DNA of 64,000 nucleotides from Elusimicrobiota bacterium (GTDB lineage: Bacteria > Elusimicrobiota > Elusimicrobia > UBA1565 > UBA9628), in contig JACQPJ010000035.1 of assembly GCA_016207605.1 (NCBI GenBank), positions 11,345 through 75,344 of the forward strand, written 5' to 3'. Made by a program: the position numbers and the translations under genes. Within the stretch, counting starts at the first letter, position 1. Every line of letters begins with the position of its first letter. The notes below the pieces were generated by a model. It did no database searches and was not told the origin of the DNA. It was given only the letters and a program-made list of their open reading frames with translations. Positions 38,014-44,748 of the stretch are shown here, one piece after another.

Positions 38014-38078
38014 GGAAACACAAAACCCACCTTTCGGTGGGCCGGTCCCGACATTTCTCGTTACGGGTTCGAGCGTCC
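38014..38078 (-). promoter_or_regulatory. Conserved leader/sRNA-like element ending in an intrinsic terminator (copy 2, upstream of the HEAT/ECF-sigma operon)
   Basis: Same 33-nt block (38040..38072) as copy 1. Followed by the hairpin CCCACC-GAAA-GGTGGG (38026..38041, minus-strand reading) and GTTTTGTGTTTCC. Confidence 0.45.
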
Positions 38079-38124
38079 AACCTTGTGGCCACGGGGAGCA
38101 TAGCATACACGCGGCAAGCCGCGG

Positions 38125-38970
38125 TTATTTCAACTCGGCCAGAAACGCGCGAAATGTTTGGAAGGACTGTCTCCGCATCTCCGCGGCATCGCGGTTCGTG
38201 TATTGCAGGGCGGTCCAGACCGGACCCGAGGAATTCTCCGTCGTGAAAGCCTCTTCCAGATTGCGCTTGAACTTGCGGTACCATGGGGCGGGGTGCTTGG
38301 CCGCCGTTTCCGCCATGCCTTCGACGACCCTCTTTCGCCATTCAGGCTTGAGCAAAACCTCGTAGATGTAGGCCAGGTCCTTGCCTTTCTTCTCGATGAT
38401 CGGCCGCCGCGTGAAGATCAGCCCCTTGGTCAGGACAAAGGCCGGCAGCGTCGGCACTTTGAACCTTGAACGAATCCTTTCGCCTTTGAGCGTTTCGCCT
38501 TCGAGAGAGACTGTCTCTGTGTGGGCCAGCAGAATGTCCGTGTACCGGAGGGCGGGCACGATCAGTCCGCTTTGGATCAGAGTGGAAGTATCCTCGCCGC
38601 TTCCAAACAAGGGAGTGATGAACTCGAACGGCACCGCGACCTTGCCCTTGCGATAGAAAAATCGGGTGGAAGGTTTTGATTTCTTCCCGAACGCCGTAAG
38701 ACCGAATCCCGAATCGGAGGATTCCACTATAAAGTCGGCGGCCTGCAGCGAGGCGACGATGCCTTTTTCTCCGCGCAGCGGAATTCGGGCCTCGATAGCC
38801 GCGTCCACATCGTTGGAGTGCACCGCGATCTCCGGCGACTCTTCCTTCCAGGCATATATTTGCGGCACCCATCCGCCGACGATGACGATGTCCGACAGAT
38901 AATCGCGCAGCGCGTCCAGCGCCGTGAAGAGAACCTTCTTGACGACTTCCGGCGAGGCTTCAGCGGGCAT
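38125..38970 (-). CDS. Nucleotidyltransferase-fold protein, AbiEii-like toxin of a type IV TA/abortive-infection pair
   Basis: IVIVGGWVPQ...SNDVDAAI is a G-G...D-x-D NTase signature. Overlaps the upstream AbiEi-like gene by 11 nt. Confidence 0.55.
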   Translation of the reverse strand: MPAEASPEVVKKVLFTALDALRDYLSDIVIVGGWVPQIYAWKEESPEIAVHSNDVDAAIEARIPLRGEKGIVASLQAADFIVESSDSGFGLTAFGKKSKPSTRFFYRKGKVAVPFEFITPLFGSGEDTSTLIQSGLIVPALRYTDILLAHTETVSLEGETLKGERIRSRFKVPTLPAFVLTKGLIFTRRPIIEKKGKDLAYIYEVLLKPEWRKRVVEGMAETAAKHPAPWYRKFKRNLEEAFTTENSSGPVWTALQYTNRDAAEMRRQSFQTFRAFLAELK

Positions 38971-39655
38971 CGCGCCACCTCGGCATTAGAACCCGGGAGA
39001 GGATGTGCTCGGCCTGCTCCCGGCCCCGGACCGGATAGCGGTAGCAGTCGAGATAGAGTTGGACCGCGGAGACGACAGGCAGCTTGCGGATCACCTGGGC
39101 CCCATGGAGGCCGGAGTCCGCGTAGTAGGGCTCGATCAAATGGATCGGCCCCAGGTTGTCCGGCTGCAGGCGCAGAACGTCCTGCCACGAGCGTTTCAGT
39201 TTCCCCGCATTGGGCAAATGGACATGGACCTCCTTGAAAGTCGCGAACGGCGCGACGAGAGAAGCTCCGGCCATGCAGGTCAGAGCCCAGGGACCCGGAA
39301 GGTGGGGGAGAGATTTGGATATCCGATTGAGGATGGCGTTCGCATCGGCGGCGCCGTCAATCGAGAATCGATAATACTTGACCGGCTTCATGGCGTACCA
39401 CGCCGCCCAATCGCGCAAGAGCTGGACCGGATCAAGAAACCGCGCCTCCGTGGGACTTTCCCGCGAGGCGAGCCCGATACGCTGCAGTTGGCGCAGGCTC
39501 AGGATCGCCAGGGCGGGGCTCGTTCCCGCCATTCTTGAGAGCTCTCGGATTCCCCAGACTTCGGCCGGAGCGGCTAAGGCGGTCCTCAACAGCATGGACG
39601 CGCTGTCGGCGAACGGATTCCGTTCTTGGGACGGCGGCGTTTTAAGGAGCTTCAT
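38960..39655 (-). CDS. AbiEi-like antitoxin/transcriptional regulator
   Basis: 231 aa. N-terminal wHTH-like GIRELSRMAGTSPALAILSLRQLQRIGL. The C-terminal domain ending LYLDCYRYPVRGREQAEHIL resembles AbiEi. Confidence 0.5.
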   Translation of the reverse strand: MKLLKTPPSQERNPFADSASMLLRTALAAPAEVWGIRELSRMAGTSPALAILSLRQLQRIGLASRESPTEARFLDPVQLLRDWAAWYAMKPVKYYRFSIDGAADANAILNRISKSLPHLPGPWALTCMAGASLVAPFATFKEVHVHLPNAGKLKRSWQDVLRLQPDNLGPIHLIEPYYADSGLHGAQVIRKLPVVSAVQLYLDCYRYPVRGREQAEHILSRVLMPRWRDAR

Positions 39656-39677
39656 TTACAAGATTGTAAACAGTATA
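39652..39677. promoter_or_regulatory. Palindromic operator-like site 1 (TTTACAA-GA-TTGTAAA) at the abiEi-like start
   Basis: TCATTTACAAGATTGTAAACAGTATA. A 26-nt near-identical copy lies 79 bp upstream. Confidence 0.45.
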
Positions 39678-39730
39678 TATTTCAGAACAATATCTTATAC
39701 TTAGAGTAATTCGTAGGTTCATTGTAGCAG

Positions 39731-39756
39731 TCATTTACAACTTTGTAAACAGTAAA
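39731..39756. promoter_or_regulatory. Palindromic operator-like site 2 (TTTACAA-CT-TTGTAAA)
   Basis: TCATTTACAACTTTGTAAACAGTAAA, in the A+T-rich region upstream of the abiEi-like gene. Confidence 0.45.
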
Positions 39757-40036
39757 TACTAATCAGCCCGCCTCAGTCGAAGATCAAGTTGGAGTCGACC
39801 ATCTCCTCTATGGCGTGGGTTTGGCATACACCAAACAAGTGAGCTTAGAATATTTTTCCCATCCCACATTTTTAGAAGCCACCCAGAAAAGAAGGTAGCC
39901 CAAGGTCAGCCTGGCAATCCCTTTTAGGACTACGGCCAAAGCAGAAGCTCCGGAATTCGGCTGGTCGGGCTACAGGAATAGTATAACGCATATCCCAATT
40001 ACCGCGAATGCTTTGTGTCAGTATTTTTATAAAAAT

Positions 40037-40466
40037 TCATGCACATGGTTGATCCATGCGTGCGCGATGACCGGCCAGAAACTCCATCGGCGAAAACTTC
40101 TTGTGCTGCTCGGCCACGTCCCGCCGCGCCAGGTGGACGTAGCGCCGGGTCATCTCCAGCGTGGAGTGCCCAAGGATTTCCTGCAGGCTGAACGAGTCGC
40201 CGCCGCTGCGGACGTAGAGCACGGCGAAGGTATGGCGCAGCGTGTGGGGGGACACTCGCACGCCCTCGATGCCTGCCTGGCGGCCGTAGCCTGCCACGAT
40301 TTTGCGCGCATCGCTGCGGTGGATCGGCCGGCCGCGCGGCCCGAGAAAGAACTGCGCGGCCTGGACGCGGCCTTGAGCCCGGGCGCGCGTAGTCCATCAT
40401 CGCCTGGCAGGTCCGCGCGGAGAACGGGACGCTGCGCTCCTTGCGGTCCTTGCCCATCACGGTCAA
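40037..40466 (-). pseudogene. Tyrosine recombinase pseudogene (N-terminally truncated, frameshifted)
   Basis: Two frames carry IDWLNGSLTVMGKDRKERSVPFSART and GIEGVRVSPHTLRHTFAVLYVRSGGDSFSLQEILGHSTLEMTRRYVH. Both are closely similar to the C-terminal half of the integrase at 43765..44748. The N-terminal ~200 aa are missing. Confidence 0.8.
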
Positions 40467-40519
40467 GGAGCCGTTGAGCCAATCAATTTAACCTTGTGGT
40501 GTTTCGGGCCCGGGGCAAG

Positions 40520-40550
40520 AAAAAACCCGGCCGTTTCGGGCCGGGTTTTT
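40520..40550 (-). terminator. Intrinsic (bidirectional) terminator hairpin next to att copy
   Basis: AAAAAA-CCCGGCC-GTTTCG-GGCCGGG-TTTTT. Confidence 0.6.
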
Positions 40551-40570
40551 ATCGCTTCTACCGTCGGAGA

Positions 40571-40616
40571 TGGTTGCGGGGGCTGGATTTGAACCAGCGA
40601 CCTCAAGGTTATGAGC
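40571..40616 (-). repeat. att site: 46-nt duplicate of the 3' half of tRNA-Met
   Basis: Identical to 58241..58286 (CCA end through to the anticodon loop). Diverges immediately after ATGAGC. Confidence 0.85.
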
Positions 40617-40681
40617 TTCACCCGTTTACGCGGAAGCTCTCTCCGTCGAGGACCAGCCCCAACTCCACGCGGTTTCAACGA

Positions 40682-41554
40682 CTAACCTTGTGGTCCTGCT
40701 GTGAGTATAGCAAATTGCCGGAGCGACTTGAGAATCGCTTCTCGTGACTGGAGGTTCATTTTGTAGAGGCTCTTGGACAGGAGGGTCACCGCCCGCAAAT
40801 CGAGATGGCACGCCAGGATGATTCGGGACGTGGCGAAACCCTGGAGTTCAGGGTCCTTGACGAAGAATTTCAGCCGGGTGAACGCCATTTCGTAACGGGC
40901 GACCAATGCCATCGCGTAAACGAATGGCAGGAACAAGAGCGCCAGGACGATGGGGAGTAGAAGTTCCAGGAGCGTCCCGAGCGTTGCAAACTTGCCGAAG
41001 TCGGCGCGGATCCGATAGCAAACAAACGCAAAGAGGCCGAAGCCAAGGATCGCCATTATGGTGCCCAGGGGCTTTCTCACGCTGGCGAACTCAGGCTTCA
41101 TCTCCGCTACCGCCAGCATCACGCCTATCAGGGTCGCAAATGGGATGAGAATCATTTCCAGTGGGAAGCTGAGCACGTGCAGGTTCATCAGAAAGTCGAG
41201 CAGCACGGCGATTTTGATGGTCTCCGCTGCTGCCTTCCGCAGAGAGAACCCTTCATCTGTCACGGCATTGAAGAACACCGGAAGGGCGGTCAGATACCAG
41301 AGCAGGGTGATTTTCAATCTCGACTGGTCCCACAGGCCCACCGCGCGAAGCCCGGCGACCATGCCCACGACATAGAGTCCCATCAACACCAGCGGAGTTG
41401 AGACCTTCCACTCCAGGAAGCTTCGAAGGACTTGGATCAGCGATTCCCGAATCTCGCGCATAGAACAGACCCAAAGCGCAAATACCGCCAACCATACCAA
41501 GCTGGCGGCCTCCCTATTATCCAGGTAACTGAACAGGAGCTTAAGACTCATCAT
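40682..41554 (-). CDS. Hypothetical polytopic membrane protein (last gene of extended hipBA operon)
   Basis: 290 aa with about 6-7 hydrophobic segments. ATGATGA overlap with the upstream gene. Confidence 0.6.
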   Translation of the reverse strand: MMSLKLLFSYLDNREAASLVWLAVFALWVCSMREIRESLIQVLRSFLEWKVSTPLVLMGLYVVGMVAGLRAVGLWDQSRLKITLLWYLTALPVFFNAVTDEGFSLRKAAAETIKIAVLLDFLMNLHVLSFPLEMILIPFATLIGVMLAVAEMKPEFASVRKPLGTIMAILGFGLFAFVCYRIRADFGKFATLGTLLELLLPIVLALLFLPFVYAMALVARYEMAFTRLKFFVKDPELQGFATSRIILACHLDLRAVTLLSKSLYKMNLQSREAILKSLRQFAILTAGPQG

Positions 41555-42084
41555 AGGCGAAAGCGCGAGAGCTTTTTGTTCAACGCGGCAAGATCGAACG
41601 CCTCCGGGTCATACTTGCCGCCAAGCCATTCAAGGCGTGCTTCATGTTCGGGATGCTTCGGATCGGCGATGATCTCAAGCGTCTCCTCGTACCCCGGGAC
41701 TCCGCCGCAGTCCTCCGGAGGGCAGGCCCGGGCACCCTCCAGGCAGATCGGATACTTCTTGGGATCGTCGGGCGGGAGGGTCTTTTCGACGAGCAGCGTG
41801 TGCGTCCAGCCGTCGCCGAAGTCGTACTCGTAGCGCCAGACCTCGCCCTCCTTCTTGATCAGGTCGCCAAGCCGGACGGTCTTCTCCATGGACGGCTTGA
41901 GCTCGCCCTTCCGATCGGAACGAAATCTGTGCTGATGGCAATCTTTCCAGCCCATCGCGCGCTGAATGATCTTGTTCAGCGTCAGGAAGGGAATCCAGCT
42001 CGGCACGAGGATGCGCCGCCAGATGGGCGGCTCGATGCCGTCGAGCGTGATCTTGAGCTGGAGAATGCCGATTGAGAGTTGCAT
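41551..42084 (-). CDS. pRiA4b ORF-3 family protein (PRiA4_ORF3 domain, function unknown)
   Basis: LQLKITLDGIEPPIWRRILVP...IIQRAMGWKDCHQHRF is the family hallmark. ATGA overlap with the hipA stop. Confidence 0.8.
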   Translation of the reverse strand: MQLSIGILQLKITLDGIEPPIWRRILVPSWIPFLTLNKIIQRAMGWKDCHQHRFRSDRKGELKPSMEKTVRLGDLIKKEGEVWRYEYDFGDGWTHTLLVEKTLPPDDPKKYPICLEGARACPPEDCGGVPGYEETLEIIADPKHPEHEARLEWLGGKYDPEAFDLAALNKKLSRFRL

Positions 42085-43331
42085 CAGGACTTGAGCACTT
42101 CCAGCATCTTCTTTGATCCGTCCGAGACGCTCTTCGTGATCTTGGCGATCGTCGCTCCAGCGCCGTGCGCCTTGGCGAACTCGCCGGCGGCCTTCTCCGC
42201 CATAGCCGGAGCGGTCTCGCCCAACTCGCGGCACGAGTCAAAGACCGCCTTCGAGGCGACTCCCGCCTCTTCCGCGAGCTTTTCCCAGTGCTCCTTGTGG
42301 ACCCACTCCGAACGGTATTGGCCGCCGACGCGCATGGCGAACTTGGCGGACAGGCGTCCGTAGACCCGCGTCGAGAGCAGGTCGTAAAGCGGAGTGAGCC
42401 GATAGTCGCCGCGCTTGATCAGCATGGAGAGGTTCTTGGCGTGCGCGTCGCAGTTGCCGATCAGGTAGTTGAAGATGACCCAGCGGATCATGATCATCTT
42501 GTCGAGGGCGGGCTGGGTGCTCTGATCTTCGACCAGGCCGAAGCAGGCTTTGAGTCCGGGGCCGCCGTCGGACTCGTACTTTTTCCCGTAGGGATAGCCG
42601 AGCGCCTGGAGAAAGTCCTCCTGATGGATTCGGCGCAGCTTGCCGTCGTCGCCGCGGAGCCGGTCGTAACGCTCGATCAGATAAAAGGGGTACTTGCCGC
42701 CGATGACGATCGAGATTGGCGCCGGCAGGCCGAGCCGGCGCGCCAGCTCCATGCAGTAGGCCTCGTTCTCGACGATATCGGGGAGATCGGGGATCGCGGG
42801 CTTGATGATGTGCGAGCTGGGATGAGAGCCGCGGGGCAGGAAGAACTTCCCGTCCTCGTAGAAAACGGGGATCTTCTGCTGCGCGCCCGCGAGCGACAGC
42901 CGCAGGTCTCCGTTGGCCAGCAGCAGCGGGTTCTGCGGCATCTCCTCGATCATGCGGTCGAGGTCCTTGCGGGCCAGCGGCTCGTAGCTGCCGGAGTCGT
43001 TCGTCTGCTGGCCCTCAGGCAGGATGGACAGCGCGCCCGCGCACTCGCCGCCGAGGGCTTCGAGCAGCTTGAAGTCGTTCGATTCGGAGATGCCGAGCTT
43101 GCCGGTGATCAGCCGCCGCGTAGGCCCTTCCGGAAGAAGGTTGCCGAAGAAGACGCGGCAGGTATTCTCATCGAACGACTCGGGCCGCAGGGGAAGGCGG
43201 ACGGAGATGGGCATCGCCTCCGGATCGGCCAGCCAGCCCGATTCGTACTGGAACTCGAAGTGCCCGCGATCGTCCTCGCGCAGGCGGCCGGCGAGCTTCG
43301 TCCCCCAATAGACGTTGAGGACGCCGCTCAC
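42084..43331 (-). CDS. hipA: HipA-family serine/threonine kinase toxin
   Basis: N-terminal LNVYWGTKLAGRL...FEFQY, FFGNLLPEG and LAGAQQK, with the kinase core GNCDAHAKNLSML. GTGA overlap with hipB. Confidence 0.85.
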   Translation of the reverse strand: MSGVLNVYWGTKLAGRLREDDRGHFEFQYESGWLADPEAMPISVRLPLRPESFDENTCRVFFGNLLPEGPTRRLITGKLGISESNDFKLLEALGGECAGALSILPEGQQTNDSGSYEPLARKDLDRMIEEMPQNPLLLANGDLRLSLAGAQQKIPVFYEDGKFFLPRGSHPSSHIIKPAIPDLPDIVENEAYCMELARRLGLPAPISIVIGGKYPFYLIERYDRLRGDDGKLRRIHQEDFLQALGYPYGKKYESDGGPGLKACFGLVEDQSTQPALDKMIMIRWVIFNYLIGNCDAHAKNLSMLIKRGDYRLTPLYDLLSTRVYGRLSAKFAMRVGGQYRSEWVHKEHWEKLAEEAGVASKAVFDSCRELGETAPAMAEKAAGEFAKAHGAGATIAKITKSVSDGSKKMLEVLKS

Positions 43332-43570
43332 TCGCCGAACTCCTTGCGCTTGATGAGGACGTTCAAGCCGAACCCGTGCAGGACCTTGAGGACCTTGCCC
43401 AGATGGAGCGTGGGTTTTCCATTCTCCAAGTCCGACAGGAATCGCGTCCCGACGCCGCAGAGGGCCGCTGCTTGGGCCTGCTTGAGGCCGGCGTCCTTGC
43501 GCGCCTGCCGGACGATCTCGCCGATGTCCTCGGCGCTCTTCGCAATCGTCCGCTGTGTAGTCGTGTTCAT
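43328..43570 (-). CDS. hipB: HipB-like XRE-family HTH antitoxin
   Basis: 80 aa. IGEIVRQARKDAGLKQAQAAALCGVGTRFLSDLENGKP. Confidence 0.8.
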   Translation of the reverse strand: MNTTTQRTIAKSAEDIGEIVRQARKDAGLKQAQAAALCGVGTRFLSDLENGKPTLHLGKVLKVLHGFGLNVLIKRKEFGE

Positions 43571-43620
43571 TTTCCCGCTCGGTAATATTTTTGCAGTTAT
43601 CCGCCTTATTTGAGATAATT

Positions 43621-43634
43621 TTCCCGAACGGGAA
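43621..43634. promoter_or_regulatory. Perfect palindrome TTCCCGAACGGGAA, putative HipB operator 1
   Basis: Lies 51 nt upstream of the hipB start and is repeated exactly 50 bp further upstream. Confidence 0.5.
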
Positions 43635-43670
43635 TATTATACCCGTCCGGGGCGATTTACGCAAGGGATA

Positions 43671-43684
43671 TTCCCGAACGGGAA
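43671..43684. promoter_or_regulatory. Perfect palindrome TTCCCGAACGGGAA, putative HipB operator 2
   Basis: Identical to 43621..43634. A degenerate third copy, TTCCCGCTCGGTAA, is at 43572..43585. Confidence 0.5.
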
Positions 43685-43764
43685 AATACGCCCTCAAAAC
43701 GGTCATTTTATACCCGATCGCGCCTTTTTTTGCGCCTCCGGAAAGCGGGGTAGGGTAGTACCCC

Positions 43765-44748
43765 TTATTGAACCGGCGGTGTCCAGCTTGGTACGCTCAG
43801 AGGCGTAGCGCTCGAGCGTACCAAGCTGGAGCGGCCCGCTCGCGCGTCCTGCGCCAGCGCCTCCATCGGTGAGAACTTCCTGTGCTGCTCGGCCACGTCC
43901 CGCCGCGCCAGGTTCACGTACTGCCGGGTCATCTCCAGCGTCGAGTGCCCGAGGATTTCCTGCAGGCTGAACGAGTCGCCGCCGTTGCGGACGTAGAGCA
44001 CAGCGAAGGTGTGCCTGAGCGTATGCGGCGATAGCCGCACGCCATCGATCCCGGCTTCCCGGCCGTAGCGGACGATGAGCTTACGCATCTTGCTGCGGCA
44101 GATCGGCTTGCCGGTCCGGCCCAGGAAGAACTGCCCGCCTTTGATCGGCCGCTGGCTGCGGGCGCGCGCGTACTCGAGCAGCGCCTGCGCCGTGCGCGCG
44201 CTGAAGGGCACGGAGCGCTCCTTGCGGCCCTTGCCCATGACCACGGCCGCGCAGTTGACCCAATCCACGCGCGCCGCCTCCAGGGACAGGACCTCGGAGA
44301 TCCGCAGACCCGAGTCGAGCATGACCATCATCATTGCGCGGTCCCTGACGCCTTCCCAGCTCCGCGTGTCGGGGGCCTCAAGTAGCTGGGCTGCCTGCTC
44401 CGGGCTCATGGGCCGGATCAGCGCGCGCTCGCGCCGCGGCCGCTCGACCAGTTCCATCGGGTTGCGGGCGAGCATGCCCTCGCGCGTCCAGAACCGGAAG
44501 GCGCAGCGGATGCCGCCGTAGGTCCGGAAGACGGTCTCGGAGGAATGCCCCTTGGCCCGCAGCGCGGCCAGGTGCTCGCGCAGCAGAGCGGGCGTGACGA
44601 GCGCCAACTCCCTCGCGCCGCGCCGGGCCAGGGAGGCCTCCAGATCGCGGAGGATATGCCGGTACCAGACCACGCTGCCGGCGGCCAGGTTCAGGGCCGT
44701 GCAGCGCGCGAGGAAGGCCTCTCGGGCGGCTTCCAGGGAGCCGTTCAT
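43765..44748 (-). CDS. Tyrosine recombinase/integrase (XerC/D-like)
   Basis: SGLRISE, GKGRKERSVPF, HTLRHTFA and LGHSTLEMTRQY give the R..HxxR..Y catalytic set. ATGA overlap with the upstream gene. Confidence 0.85.
   Translation of the reverse strand: MNGSLEAAREAFLARCTALNLAAGSVVWYRHILRDLEASLARRGARELALVTPALLREHLAALRAKGHSSETVFRTYGGIRCAFRFWTREGMLARNPMELVERPRRERALIRPMSPEQAAQLLEAPDTRSWEGVRDRAMMMVMLDSGLRISEVLSLEAARVDWVNCAAVVMGKGRKERSVPFSARTAQALLEYARARSQRPIKGGQFFLGRTGKPICRSKMRKLIVRYGREAGIDGVRLSPHTLRHTFAVLYVRNGGDSFSLQEILGHSTLEMTRQYVNLARRDVAEQHRKFSPMEALAQDARAGRSSLVRSSATPLSVPSWTPPVQ

Larger units (their letters stand above)
38079..40570. mobile_element. Decayed integrative element remnant (AbiE-like pair plus truncated integrase) adjacent to the intact island
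   Basis: Truncated, frameshifted integrase with the same upstream terminator and CCACAAGGTTA arrangement as the intact element. A+T-rich spacer present. The left border is uncertain because no third att copy was found. Confidence 0.45.

Noticed and set aside
38037-38246. Short ORFs sharing GRSRHFSLRVR at 38037 and within 22305..23264
   Set aside because: The shared peptide is simply the translation of the conserved 33-nt non-coding motif. The flanking frames are unrelated.
40571-40616. Second tRNA-Met gene
   Set aside because: Only the 3' 46 nt (anticodon loop to CCA) are present. The 5' half is missing, so it is an att duplication and not a gene.
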